A stretch of DNA of 64,000 nt from Mycobacterium sp. (lineage in GTDB: Bacteria > Actinomycetota > Actinomycetes > Mycobacteriales > Mycobacteriaceae), in contig JAXLRX010000001.1 of the NCBI GenBank assembly GCA_046330855.1, forward strand, positions 765,984 through 829,983. The letters run 5' to 3'. Both the position numbers and the translations under genes were made by a program. This document shows positions 14,367-25,549 of the stretch, in pieces. Numbering within the stretch: the first letter of the stretch is position 1; each line of letters opens with the position of its first letter. The notes below the pieces were generated by a model. It did no database searches. It was not told the DNA's origin and saw nothing but the letters and a program-made list of their open reading frames with translations.

Positions 14367-14678
14367 GTGGCCCTTCCCCAGTTGACCGACGAGCAGCGCG
14401 CTGCAGCCTTGGAGAAGGCAGCTGCCGCACGTCGTATCCGTGCGGAGCTGAAGGATCGGCTCAAGCGCGGTGGCACCAACCTCCAGCAGGTGCTGAAGGA
14501 CGCCGAGACCGACGAGGTGCTCGGCAAGATGAAGGTTTCCGCTCTGCTCGAGGCCCTGCCCAAGGTCGGCAAGGTCAAGGCGCAGGAAATCATGACCGAG
14601 CTTGAGATCGCCCCCACTCGCCGCCTGCGCGGACTGGGCGACCGGCAGCGCAAGGCGCTGCTGGAAAAGTTCTCCTGA
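14367..14678 (+). CDS. mihF: Mycobacterial integration host factor
   Basis: [22 protein letters not shown]...RRLRGLG. GGAGG SD. Confidence 0.97.
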   Translation: MALPQLTDEQRAAALEKAAAARRIRAELKDRLKRGGTNLQQVLKDAETDEVLGKMKVSALLEALPKVGKVKAQEIMTELEIAPTRRLRGLGDRQRKALLEKFS

Positions 14679-14692
14679 GACTCCTCAGGTCG

Positions 14693-15319
14693 ATGAACGC
14701 CGGCGAAGGGCCGGACAGCCGGGGCGATTCGCCTCGACCGCGAGCGTCGCGGGGACGCGTGCTCGTGCTGTCCGGCCCTTCTGCCGTCGGCAAGTCGACC
14801 GTCGTGCGGCGCCTGCGCGAGGAGGTTCCGGACCTGTATTTCAGTGTCTCGGCGACCACGCGAGCACCCCGTCCCGGCGAGGTGGAAGGGCAGGACTACC
14901 ACTTCGTCAGCCCTGAGCGCTTCCAGCAACTCATCGACAACGGTGAGCTGCTGGAGTGGGCCGAGATCCACGGTGGACTGCAGCGGTCGGGGACCTTGGC
15001 CGCCCCGGTGCTCGACGCCGCCGAGGCCGGCAAGCCGGTGCTCATCGAGGTGGACCTCGCCGGCGCGCGGGCTGTCAAGGACGCCATGCCCGAGGCGCTG
15101 AGCGTCTTTCTGGCGCCACCCAGCTGGGACGCGCTGCGGGAGCGGCTGGTCGGCCGGGGCACCGAAACCCCGGAGGTGATGGCGCGGCGACTGGCCACCG
15201 CGGAGGCCGAACTGGCCGCTCAGGGCGAGTTCGACGCCGTCGTCGTCAACAGCCAATTGGAATCCGCGTGCGCGGAATTGATATCGTTGCTGGTGGGAAA
15301 CGCGCCCGAGTCGGCGTGA
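14693..15319 (+). CDS. gmk: Guanylate kinase
   Basis: [25 protein letters not shown]. Confidence 0.96.
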   Translation: MNAGEGPDSRGDSPRPRASRGRVLVLSGPSAVGKSTVVRRLREEVPDLYFSVSATTRAPRPGEVEGQDYHFVSPERFQQLIDNGELLEWAEIHGGLQRSGTLAAPVLDAAEAGKPVLIEVDLAGARAVKDAMPEALSVFLAPPSWDALRERLVGRGTETPEVMARRLATAEAELAAQGEFDAVVVNSQLESACAELISLLVGNAPESA

Positions 15320-15374
15320 GCGCTCGGATCTGAAGCCGAACGGCCCCTCGAACCCATCTCAGGAGAAGGTCTAC

Positions 15375-15674
15375 GTGACAACCACCGCCGATCACTACGA
15401 TCCGGCCCCCGGCGCGGCCACCGCTTACGACACCCCGCTCGGGATCACCAACCCGCCCATCGACGAGCTGCTCGACCGGGTGTCCAGCAAGTACGCCCTG
15501 GTCATCTACGCCGCCAAGCGGGCGCGCCAGATCAACGACTACTACAACCAGCTCGGCGACGGGATCCTGGAGTACGTCGGCCCGCTGGTGGAGCCCGGCC
15601 TGCAGGAGAAGCCGCTCTCGATCGCGCTGCGCGAGATCCACGGCGACCTTCTCGAGCACACCGAGGGCGAGTAA
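15375..15674 (+). CDS. rpoZ: RNA polymerase omega subunit
   Basis: [26 protein letters not shown]. Confidence 0.96.
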   Translation: MTTTADHYDPAPGAATAYDTPLGITNPPIDELLDRVSSKYALVIYAAKRARQINDYYNQLGDGILEYVGPLVEPGLQEKPLSIALREIHGDLLEHTEGE

Positions 15675-15696
15675 CCGCGCAGTCGCGGGCCTCACC

Positions 15697-16944
15697 ATGA
15701 GTCCCAAGCGGATCATCGTCGGCGTCGCCGGTGGCATCGCCGCCTACAAAGCCTGTTCGCTGGTCCGCCAACTCAGTGAAGCCGGACACGAGGTGCAGGT
15801 GATTCCCACCGAGTCCGCCCTCCAGTTCGTCGGCGCCGCCACGTTCGAGGCGTTGTCCGGCCACTCCGTGCACACCGGGGTTTTCGAGAACGTCCCCGAC
15901 GTCCCGCACGTGCGGCTCGGCCAGGAGGCCGACCTGGTGGTGGTCGCACCCGCGACGGCCGACCTGCTGGCCCGGGCCGCTGCCGGGCGCGCCGACGACC
16001 TGCTGACCGCGACCCTGCTGACGGCCCGTTGTCCGGTGCTTTTCGCCCCGGCGATGCACACCGAGATGTGGCTGCATCCGGCCACGGCCGACAACGTGGC
16101 CACCCTGCGCCGCCGGGGGGCGGTGGTGCTGGAGCCCGCGGCGGGCCGTCTGACCGGCGCCGACACCGGCCCCGGCCGGCTCCCGGAACCCGAGGAGATC
16201 GTCACCTTCGCCGAGCTGCTCCTGGCCCGCGGCGACGCGATGCCCCACGACCTGCACGGCAGCAAGTTCCTGATCACCGCCGGCGGCACCCGGGAGGCGC
16301 TTGACCCTGTCCGGTTCATCGGCAACCGCAGTTCGGGCAAGCAGGGCTACGCCGTCGCCCGGATCGCCGCCCAGCGTGGCGCCGAGGTCACGCTGATCGC
16401 CGGGAACACCGCCGGACTGGCCGACCCGGCCGGCGTGCACGTTCTGAGGGTCACCTCCGCGGCGCAGATGCACGAGGCGGTCTCCAAGCACGCCCCCGAC
16501 GCCCACGTCCTGGTGATGGCGGCCGCCGTCGCCGACTTCCGGCCCGTGCACGCGGCCACCAGCAAGATCAAGAAGACCGCCGACGCCTCGGAGAGCCCCG
16601 CGGTGGACCTGGTGCGCACCGAGGACATCCTGGCCTCGGTGGTGCGGCAGCGCACCGACGGGCAGTTGCCCAACATGCGCGCGATCGTGGGCTTCGCCGC
16701 CGAAACCGGCGACGCCAACGGCGACGTGCTCTTCCACGCTCGCGCGAAACTCGTCCGCAAGGCCTGCGATCTGCTGGTCGTCAACGCCGTCGGCGACGGC
16801 CGCGCGTTCGAGGTCGATAGCAACGACGGCTGGCTGCTGGGGGCCGACGGCACCGAGGTGGCCCTCGAGCACGGTTCGAAGACTCTGATGGCAAGCCGTA
16901 TTGTGGACGCGATCGCGGCGTTCCTGCGCGGCAGCCAGGAATAA
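15697..16944 (+). CDS. coaBC: Phosphopantothenoylcysteine decarboxylase/synthetase
   Basis: GGIAAYK, PAMHTEM, DPVRFIGNRSSGKQG, VGFAAET. Confidence 0.96.
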   Translation: MSPKRIIVGVAGGIAAYKACSLVRQLSEAGHEVQVIPTESALQFVGAATFEALSGHSVHTGVFENVPDVPHVRLGQEADLVVVAPATADLLARAAAGRADDLLTATLLTARCPVLFAPAMHTEMWLHPATADNVATLRRRGAVVLEPAAGRLTGADTGPGRLPEPEEIVTFAELLLARGDAMPHDLHGSKFLITAGGTREALDPVRFIGNRSSGKQGYAVARIAAQRGAEVTLIAGNTAGLADPAGVHVLRVTSAAQMHEAVSKHAPDAHVLVMAAAVADFRPVHAATSKIKKTADASESPAVDLVRTEDILASVVRQRTDGQLPNMRAIVGFAAETGDANGDVLFHARAKLVRKACDLLVVNAVGDGRAFEVDSNDGWLLGADGTEVALEHGSKTLMASRIVDAIAAFLRGSQE

Positions 16945-17022
16945 CGTCTAACGCCGGTCATCGCGCGCCGGCACGTGGCACATCAGGTGCCCGACACCAG
17001 GTAATCGAAGGGGATTGACACT

Positions 17023-18234
<1,212 letters not shown>

Positions 18235-18253
18235 TTCTCCTGGCTTTCCTGCC

Positions 18254-18309
18254 CAGCAGACGCAAAAGACCCGGCAATGCGGCGTGTCGCGGGTCGTTTC
18301 CGTCTGCTC
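18254..18309. repeat. REP-like intergenic palindrome between convergent genes
   Basis: AGCAGACGCAAAAGACCCG...CGGGTCGTTTCCGTCTGCT imperfect inverted repeat, resembling the mycobacterial GCAGACG..CGTCTGC stem-loop family. Confidence 0.7.
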
Positions 18310-18322
18310 GCGGCATAAGGGG

Positions 18323-19816
18323 TCAGCCGCTGAACTGGTAGTCCTTCAGCGGGAAGCTGCGGCTGCGCCAGTACGCCTCGACGGTGGTGGTCGGCCGGAT
18401 CGGCACGTCCCCGTTGTTGTCGAAGTAGTAACTGTTGGCGTCCTTGCACGTGGGCTGCCAGAAAATCTGCCGGTGCCGCTTGCGCATCATCTCGGCGAAG
18501 TAGCGGTCATTGGCCGTCGCGCTGACCTCCACCCGCCGCGCCCCGGTGCGCCCGGCCCTCGACAGGCACCGCACGATGTGGCGGGTCTGCGCCTCGATCA
18601 GCGCGAAATACGACGACCCGACATACCCGTACGGACCGAACACCGTGAACAGGTTGGGGAATCCCGGGATGCTGACCCCTTCGTAGGCCTGCATCCGGTT
18701 GTCCTCCCAGAACCGTGCCAGTGACCGGCCGTCGGGCCCGGTGATGGTGTAGGTCGCCGCCTCGGCGTCCATCATCACGAACCCGGTCGCCAGGATCAGG
18801 GCGTCGACGTCATGGGTGTGCCCGTCGGCTGTCGTCACCCCGGATTCGGTGACGCGGGCGATCGGCTCGGTGATCAGCTCCACGTTGTCGCGGTTGAACG
18901 TCGACAGGTAGGTGTTGTGGAATCCCGGGCGCTTGCAGCCGACCGCATACCGGGGCGTGAGTTTGCCCCGCACCTCCGGATCGCGGACCTGCTTGCGCAG
19001 GTATGCCCGTCCGGCCTCGTCCATGTTGCGGGCGAACGGGTTGAGGGTGAAGTAGTTGGCCGCCAGCGGGAAGGTGAACTCGACGAACGCCTGACTGAGC
19101 ATCCGCTGGACGGTCTTGCCGCCGGGAACCCGCATCGCCAGCCGCGCCGCACGGGACATCGGCGCGTCGAGCTTGGGGAAGCACCAGATGGGTGTCCGCT
19201 GAAACACCTTGAGCTGCTTGACGATCGGCGCAAGTTCGGGGATGACCTGGACGGCTGACGCGCCCGTCCCGATCACGGCGACCCGCTTACCGCTCAGGTC
19301 GACGGTGTGGTCCCAGCGGGCGGTGTGCATAGCCGGCCCGGCGAACGTCCCCAGGCCCTCGATATCGGGGATCTTGGGCTTGGTCATCACTCCGGCGGCG
19401 TTGATGAGGAACCGCGCGGTGAGCTGATCGCCGGAGTCGAGGTCCACCCGCCAGAGGCTCTCGCGTTCGTCGAAACGGGCCGCCCGGACCGCGGTGCGGA
19501 AACGGATCCGGGACCGAAGCCCGTACTTGTCGACACAATGCTCGGCGTAGGCGCGCAGTTCGCTGCCCGGAGCGTAGACGCGTGACCAGTCCGGGCTCTG
19601 CTCGAAGGAGAACTGGTAGGAGAACGACGGGATGTCCACCGCGATACCGGGGTAGGTGTTCCAGTACCACGTCCCGCCGGGCCCGTCGGCCGCATCAACG
19701 ATCAGGTAGTCGCCCAACCCGGCCTTGTCGAACAGGATTCCGGCACCGATCCCGGAGAACCCCGCGCCGACGATCAGCGTCTGGTGGTCGGGCGTCGCGC
19801 CGTCGGCAGCCGTCAT
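18323..19816 (-). CDS. Flavin-containing (Baeyer-Villiger-type) monooxygenase, Rv1393c-like
   Basis: GAGFSG, WYWNTYPG, FAGPAMHTARW, VIGTGASA, ATGF. TAGGCT lies 6 nt before ATG. Confidence 0.92.
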   Translation of the reverse strand: MTAADGATPDHQTLIVGAGFSGIGAGILFDKAGLGDYLIVDAADGPGGTWYWNTYPGIAVDIPSFSYQFSFEQSPDWSRVYAPGSELRAYAEHCVDKYGLRSRIRFRTAVRAARFDERESLWRVDLDSGDQLTARFLINAAGVMTKPKIPDIEGLGTFAGPAMHTARWDHTVDLSGKRVAVIGTGASAVQVIPELAPIVKQLKVFQRTPIWCFPKLDAPMSRAARLAMRVPGGKTVQRMLSQAFVEFTFPLAANYFTLNPFARNMDEAGRAYLRKQVRDPEVRGKLTPRYAVGCKRPGFHNTYLSTFNRDNVELITEPIARVTESGVTTADGHTHDVDALILATGFVMMDAEAATYTITGPDGRSLARFWEDNRMQAYEGVSIPGFPNLFTVFGPYGYVGSSYFALIEAQTRHIVRCLSRAGRTGARRVEVSATANDRYFAEMMRKRHRQIFWQPTCKDANSYYFDNNGDVPIRPTTTVEAYWRSRSFPLKDYQFSG

Positions 19817-19840
19817 GAGCCGAGCCTAGGCCCGCACACG

Positions 19841-19870
19841 AAAAAGCGGCTCACGTCGGGCGTGAGCCGC
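19841..19870 (-). terminator. Intrinsic terminator after the hemophore-like gene
   Basis: Perfect 10-bp stem GCGGCTCACG/CGTGAGCCGC, 5-nt loop, followed by U5 on the minus strand. Confidence 0.8.
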
Positions 19871-19889
19871 CTTTCCCGTCAGACTCGGG

Positions 19890-20276
19890 TCAGCCGATGA
19901 ACTGGCTGAACGCCCACTGGTACTCGGCCGGGACCACGCTCACCCCGCACTGGTTCTGCAGGCTGCTCAGCGGCGTCAGGATCGACCGGAAATCGGCGTA
20001 CTCCTGCGGGTTGGTGCTGGCGTAGCTCTGGATGGTCTGGGCGGCCTCCGCCTGCGGCTGCAGCGCGGCCGCCATCAGCATCTTGTTCGCGTCGGCGTGG
20101 CTGTTGAGGTAGGCGCGGGCCTGCTGGGTCACCGTGGCGACCTGGCTCTTCACCCCGGCGGGGCTGCAGTCCGGCGCGGCCGATGCCGTGGGCGCGGCCA
20201 GGCCCGCCAGGGCGACGCCGCCGATGATGCTGCCGAGACACGCACGCGCGATGCGCCGGTTCTGACCGGTTGTCAT
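19890..20276 (-). CDS. Secreted hemophore-related (Rv0203-family) protein
   Basis: Signal peptide ending ASA-APDC, YLNSH motif, two Cys. GGAGG SD before ATG 20276. Confidence 0.8.
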   Translation of the reverse strand: MTTGQNRRIARACLGSIIGGVALAGLAAPTASAAPDCSPAGVKSQVATVTQQARAYLNSHADANKMLMAAALQPQAEAAQTIQSYASTNPQEYADFRSILTPLSSLQNQCGVSVVPAEYQWAFSQFIG

Positions 20277-20345
20277 GAGCTTGGAATCCTCCAGATAAAC
20301 GACTTTCACTACCATTGTTGCTTGTCGCCGCCGCGCCGACAAACG

Positions 20346-21323
20346 TTACTGCTCAGCGGCCCGGTGCAGCGCGGCCCGCAGCGCGGCGAGCCCGCGATCG
20401 GTGGCCTCGGTGGCCGCCGGGACCACCCCCGAATAGCCCAGGTAGCCGTGGACCAGGGTGGCGGCGTTGTGCAGCTCCACGTGGACACCGGCCTGCGAGA
20501 GCAGTTCGGCGTAGCGGACGCCGTCGTCGCGCAACGGGTCATGACCAGCGACGGCGATGTAGGCCGGCGCCACCCCGGACAGATCGGCGGCTCGGCCGGG
20601 AGCGAGGTCGGCCGGCGGTTCGGAAGGGTCGAGATGCCCGGCGTACCACTGGGTGAAGGCCGCGATGGCCGCGTGGTCGAGGACCGGCGCCTGAGCGTTC
20701 TCGGTGAACGACGGCAGTGAGGTGTCCCACATCGTGGACGGATACCAGAGCAGCTGGAAGGCCACCGCCGGGCCGGAGCCGGCGCCAAGCCGGTCACGGG
20801 CACGCTGAGCGACGACGGCCGCCAGGGTTCCGCCCGCCGAGTCACCGGCCACCGCCAGCCGCGAACCGTCCGCGCCGAACGTCCCCGCGTTCTCGGCGAC
20901 CCAGCACGTGGCCGCCCACACGTCCTCGACGGCCGCCGGGTACGGGTGCTCGGGGGCCAGCCGGTAGTCGACGGAGACCACCACGGTCCGGCCGCCGACC
21001 GCATGCTCGCGGGCGGTCACGTCATGGGTGTCCAGATCACCGAGGGCGAACCCGCCGCCGTGGAAGAACATGGTGACCGGGTGGGCGGTGCCGGCCGGCG
21101 GATCTTCGTCGGGCCAGTAGACCCTGATCGGGATCGGCCCACCGGGGCCGTCGATGGTGTGGTTCTCCACTCGTAGCCCCTGGTGCAGGGGCCGCTGCGG
21201 CAGGTCCTTCAGCCGCCGGCGAGCCTGCTCGACACCGCCGTCGACCGTCAGCTGGAACGGCAGCGCCTCGAGCACCTTATGCAGGATGGGGTCGATGGGA
21301 GGTCTGTCGACGGATTCGGCCAT
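20346..21323 (-). CDS. Alpha/beta hydrolase, HSL family (LipH/LipI-like)
   Basis: HGGGF, GDSAGG, HDPLRD, HGY. TACCGT lies 6 nt before ATG 21323. Confidence 0.9.
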   Translation of the reverse strand: MAESVDRPPIDPILHKVLEALPFQLTVDGGVEQARRRLKDLPQRPLHQGLRVENHTIDGPGGPIPIRVYWPDEDPPAGTAHPVTMFFHGGGFALGDLDTHDVTAREHAVGGRTVVVSVDYRLAPEHPYPAAVEDVWAATCWVAENAGTFGADGSRLAVAGDSAGGTLAAVVAQRARDRLGAGSGPAVAFQLLWYPSTMWDTSLPSFTENAQAPVLDHAAIAAFTQWYAGHLDPSEPPADLAPGRAADLSGVAPAYIAVAGHDPLRDDGVRYAELLSQAGVHVELHNAATLVHGYLGYSGVVPAATEATDRGLAALRAALHRAAEQ

Positions 21324-21437
21324 GCGCCCACGGTACGCAGCGGCCCGGGCTGCGCCGGGGGGTGGTGGCGGCCGCCGAAATTTGTCGGTCTTGCCCACTA
21401 GCGTCGGGTCATCAGTCCGATTCAAGGGGGGAACCAC

Positions 21438-22085
21438 ATGACCGATGCCGACAAGACACTGATCGCCGCACTGCTCGACCGCTCGGGGTCCATGCAGTCG
21501 ATCGCCGACGACACGCGCGGCGGATTCGATTCCTACATCACCGCCGAGCGCGGCCAACCGGGCACCACGGTGGTGACGTTGGCCCAGTTCGACGACCGGT
21601 ACGACGTGGTCTACCAGAACACACCGATTGCGTCCGTGCCGCCGCTGGACCTGGAGCCCCGCGGCATGACCGCGCTGCTCGACGCCATCGGCCGGTTCGT
21701 CACCGAGGTCGGCGCCGGCCTGGCCGTCCTCCCGGAGGCGGAGCGGCCCGGCGAGGTGACCGTCCTGGTGATGACCGACGGCCACGAGAACGCGAGCAGT
21801 GAGTGGACTAAAGAGGCTGTGCGCGAACTCATTTCGCAGCAGGAGACGGTCTACGGATGGGACTTCGTCTTCCTCGGCGCAAACATGGACGCCGTCGATG
21901 TCGGCTCGGACCTGGGGTTCTCAGCCGGTAAGTCGCTCACCTACGACGCCGACGAGCACGGCGTGCAGGGAGCCTGGGACGCGGTCACCAACTACAGCGC
22001 CCGCAAGCGAAGCCGGGGCCCCGCGCCGGCGGCGTCGATAGTCTTCGAGGACGCCGAGCGCCGTGGAGCGCGCAAACGGCGCTGA
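21438..22085 (+). CDS. Stand-alone von Willebrand factor A domain protein
   Basis: MIDAS DRSGS, TALLDAIG, MTDGHEN. Confidence 0.85.
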   Translation: MTDADKTLIAALLDRSGSMQSIADDTRGGFDSYITAERGQPGTTVVTLAQFDDRYDVVYQNTPIASVPPLDLEPRGMTALLDAIGRFVTEVGAGLAVLPEAERPGEVTVLVMTDGHENASSEWTKEAVRELISQQETVYGWDFVFLGANMDAVDVGSDLGFSAGKSLTYDADEHGVQGAWDAVTNYSARKRSRGPAPAASIVFEDAERRGARKRR

Positions 22086-22135
22086 GGACACCGGCCGGAG
22101 CAGGCCGGTGAGGACGACGTGAAGATCCGAGTGGA

Positions 22136-24133
22136 GTGAGCACAACCGGACGGCGCGCAGCCGAACACGAGCCCATCGCCCGGGTGCTCCCGATGCTCTC
22201 GGTTCCGCACCTGGACCGCGAGTTCGACTACCTCGTCAGCGAGGAGCAGTCCAACGACGCCCAGCCCGGGGTGCGGGTGCGGGTGCGGTTCCACGGCCGT
22301 CTCGTGGACGCCTTCGTCCTGGAACGCCGCTCCGACACCGACCACGTCGGCCAGCTCGGCTGGATCGACCGGGTGATCTCCGCCGAACCGGTGCTCACCG
22401 GCGAGGTGCGGCGGTTGGTCGACGCCGTCGCCGCCCGCTATGCCGGCACCCGCCCCGACGTATTGCGGCTGGCCATCCCGCCGCGGCACGCCGGCGCGGA
22501 GAAAGACCAGCGCAGCGCGCCGCTGTTGCCGGTTGTGGAGCCCATCGACCCCGCGGGTTGGGCCCGCTACACCGGGGGTCCGGCCTTCCTCGACGCCCTG
22601 CAGGAGGGCCGTGCCGCCCGTGCGGTGTGGCAGGCGCTGCCCGGCGACAGCTGGTGTGACCGGCTGGCCGAGGCGGCCGCCGCCGCCGTCAGCGGCGGGC
22701 AGGGCGTGCTGGCCGTCGTCCCGGACCAGCGCGACGTCGATGCGCTGTGGCAGGCATCCATCGCACGGATCGACGCCGCCGCGGTGGTCGCGCTGGCCGC
22801 CGGCCTAGGGCCCTCGGCGCGCTACCGGCGCTGGTTGTCGGTGCTGCGCGGGGAGGCACGGCTGGTCATCGGAACCCGCAGTGCGGTGTTCGCGCCGGTC
22901 GACCGGCTCGGTCTGGTGGTGGTCTGGGACGACGGGGATGACAGCCTCGCCGAACCCCGCGCTCCGTATCCGCACGCCCGTGACGTCGGCATGCTGCGGG
23001 CGCACCAGTTGCGGTGCGCCGCCGTCGTGGGGGGATACGCCCGCACCGCCGAGGCCCAGGCCCTGGTGGCCGGCGGCTGGGCCCACAACCTGGTGGCGGC
23101 ACGTCCGGTCGTGCGTGCCAGCGCTCCTCGTGTCCTCGCCGTCGACGACGACGGCCATGCAGAGGAACGGGACCCTGCCGCCCGCACCGCCCGGCTGCCG
23201 TCGATGGCGCTGCGTGCGGCGCGGGCGGCTCTCGAGCGGGGGGCGCCGGTTCTGGTTCAGGTTCCGCGGCGCGGATATCTGCCCTCGGTGGCCTGTGCCC
23301 GCTGCCGCACGATCGCACGGTGCCGGCACTGCATGGGCCCGCTGTCGCTGTCCGACCGCGACGCCGAGGGGGCGGTGTGCCGCTGGTGCGGCCGGATCGA
23401 CCCGGCGCTGCGCTGCCGCCGCTGCGGCGCCGAGGCCATCCGCGCCGTCGTGGTCGGCACCCGCCGTACCGCCGAGGAACTTGGCCGCGCCTTTCCGGGC
23501 ACTGCGGTGATCACCTCCGCAGGCGATGCGGTGCACGCCGAGATCGGCCCGGGTCCGGCATTGGTTATCGCCACACCCGGCGCCGAACCGCGGGCGCCCG
23601 ACGGATACGGCGCGGCGCTGTTGCTGGACAGCTGGTCGCTTCTCGGACGCCAGGATCTGCGGGCCGCGGAGGACACGCTGCGCAGGTGGATGGCCGCCGC
23701 CGCCCAGGTCCATGCCCGCGCCGACGGCGGTGTTGTCGCCGTGGTCGCGGACTCCTCGATTCCGACGGTGCAGGCCCTGATCCGGTGGGATCCGGTGGGC
23801 CATGCCGAGGCCGAGCTCGACGGCCGGACGGCGGTGGGCCTGCCGCCGGCCGTGCACATGGCCGCCGTTGACGGAGCCCCCGATGCGGTCGCAGCGTTGA
23901 TCGCCGCGGCGGTGCTGCCCGAGGACGCCGACGTGCTGGGTCCGGTGGACCTGCCGGTGGGCGTGCGCCGGCCCCCCGGCGTCGGCGAGGACGCCATCCG
24001 CATGTTGATCCGGGTCCGGCGCGAGGAGGGTCTGGCGCTGGCCGCCGCCTTGCGCGACGCCACCGCCGTGCAGAGCGCCCGCCACGACAGCGACGCGGTA
24101 CGGGTGCAGATCGATCCGCTGCATGTCGGCTGA
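22136..24133 (+). CDS. priA: Primosomal protein N'
   Basis: HLDREFDY, IGTRSAVFAP, four CxxC Zn-binding pairs. Confidence 0.93.
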   Translation: MSTTGRRAAEHEPIARVLPMLSVPHLDREFDYLVSEEQSNDAQPGVRVRVRFHGRLVDAFVLERRSDTDHVGQLGWIDRVISAEPVLTGEVRRLVDAVAARYAGTRPDVLRLAIPPRHAGAEKDQRSAPLLPVVEPIDPAGWARYTGGPAFLDALQEGRAARAVWQALPGDSWCDRLAEAAAAAVSGGQGVLAVVPDQRDVDALWQASIARIDAAAVVALAAGLGPSARYRRWLSVLRGEARLVIGTRSAVFAPVDRLGLVVVWDDGDDSLAEPRAPYPHARDVGMLRAHQLRCAAVVGGYARTAEAQALVAGGWAHNLVAARPVVRASAPRVLAVDDDGHAEERDPAARTARLPSMALRAARAALERGAPVLVQVPRRGYLPSVACARCRTIARCRHCMGPLSLSDRDAEGAVCRWCGRIDPALRCRRCGAEAIRAVVVGTRRTAEELGRAFPGTAVITSAGDAVHAEIGPGPALVIATPGAEPRAPDGYGAALLLDSWSLLGRQDLRAAEDTLRRWMAAAAQVHARADGGVVAVVADSSIPTVQALIRWDPVGHAEAELDGRTAVGLPPAVHMAAVDGAPDAVAALIAAAVLPEDADVLGPVDLPVGVRRPPGVGEDAIRMLIRVRREEGLALAAALRDATAVQSARHDSDAVRVQIDPLHVG

Positions 24134-24145
24134 GCGCCCGGCAGC

Positions 24146-25549
24146 CTATTCCGCCGCGTCGAGCACCACCCGCACCATGTCCAGCGTCGTCGACGGGTGC
24201 AGCAGCGCGAAGCGGCCGATCACCTCGCCCTCCCACACCGTGGGCGTGGCGAAGGCCACCTGCTGGGCGAGCAGCTCATCCTGCAGCCTGAGGTAGTCGT
24301 CCTTGGTCCAGCCCGGCCGCCGCCACAACACGATCGACAGCCCGGGTTCGCGCACCAGCTCCACATGCGGCGTCTCGGCCACGAGACTGGCCACCTGCTG
24401 GGTCAGATCCAGCACCTGCTGGACGGCGATCCGGTAGGCGTCGGTGCCGTGCACCGCCAGCGAGAACCATAGCGGCAGGCCACGCGCGCGCCGGGACAGA
24501 TGGTGCGCCAGGTCCGTCGGGTTCCAGAACTCCGGATGATCGGATTGATGCAGCGGGTCGAGGTAGGACGCGTGCTGGGTGTGCACCGAGGCCGCCTGAT
24601 CGGGATCGCGGTAGAGCACCGCCGCGCAGTCGAACGGCGCGAACCACCACTTGTGCGGGTCGGTGATGAACGAGTCGGCGTGCTCGAGGCCCTTGAAACG
24701 CCATTTCTGGTCGGACAGCAATGCCGCGCCACCGTAGGCGCCGTCGACGTGCATCCAGAGGTTCCGGTCCTGGCACACCGCGGCGATGCCCTCGAGGTCG
24801 TCGACGATGCCGGCGTTGGTCGTCCCGGAGGTGGCCACCACCGCCACCACCGGGGGTCCGTCATAGCCGTCCAGCGCTGCGGCCAGTCCCGCACCGGTGA
24901 ACCGGTGATCGTCCGTCTTGACCACGAACGGCTCTACGTCGAGGATCCGGCAGGCGTTGGCCACCGACGAGTGCGCCTCGTCGGAGCAGGCGATCCGCAC
25001 CTCCCGTGCTCCGAACCGCTGCCGCCCGATTTCGCGCGCCACAGCCAGCGCCGACAGGTTCGCGATCGACCCGCCCGAGACGAACGTCCCACCCGCATCT
25101 GCCGGCATCCCGGCCAGATCGGCGATCCAGCGCAGCACCTGGTTCTCGGCGACGATCGCCCCCGAGGCCTCCAGCCAGGAACAGCCCTGCAGGGAGGCGA
25201 TCGAGACCACAGTGTCGAACAGCAGCGCCGCCTTGGTGGGGGCGGCCGGGATGAAGCCGAAGAACCGCGGGCTGTCCGTCGAGAGCACGTTGGAGGCGAT
25301 GTGGTCGACGTAGGCGTCCAGAACCTCCCGTGGGTCGCGGCCGTACGCGTCGGGAACGAAGCCGTCCAGCGCCGCCATGATCGGCTCCGGCGGCGCGGGG
25401 TGATCCAGCGGCGTGTCGACGAATGTCAGCCGCGTGCGGACGTACTCGAACACCAGTCCCGCCAGGTGCGGATCGTGCTGGTGCATCCGGTCCGGAGGTC
25501 GGGTCTCGCGTATGACGTGGTGAGTCAGGTACGGGTCGTCGGCGGCCAT
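24146..25549 (-). CDS. Group II PLP-dependent amino acid decarboxylase
   Basis: VSGGSIAN, AHSS, GTTNAG, HVDGAYG, DPHKW (PLP lysine). AGGAG SD. Confidence 0.9.
   Translation of the reverse strand: MAADDPYLTHHVIRETRPPDRMHQHDPHLAGLVFEYVRTRLTFVDTPLDHPAPPEPIMAALDGFVPDAYGRDPREVLDAYVDHIASNVLSTDSPRFFGFIPAAPTKAALLFDTVVSIASLQGCSWLEASGAIVAENQVLRWIADLAGMPADAGGTFVSGGSIANLSALAVAREIGRQRFGAREVRIACSDEAHSSVANACRILDVEPFVVKTDDHRFTGAGLAAALDGYDGPPVVAVVATSGTTNAGIVDDLEGIAAVCQDRNLWMHVDGAYGGAALLSDQKWRFKGLEHADSFITDPHKWWFAPFDCAAVLYRDPDQAASVHTQHASYLDPLHQSDHPEFWNPTDLAHHLSRRARGLPLWFSLAVHGTDAYRIAVQQVLDLTQQVASLVAETPHVELVREPGLSIVLWRRPGWTKDDYLRLQDELLAQQVAFATPTVWEGEVIGRFALLHPSTTLDMVRVVLDAAE

Noticed and set aside
15316-15333. 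Mini-ORF VSARI overlapping the gmk stop
   Set aside because: Ends 41 nt before rpoZ, which has its own SD, so it is not a relay.
16945-17022. SAM riboswitch upstream of metK
   Set aside because: The spacer is only 78 nt and has no recognisable SAM-I/IV core.
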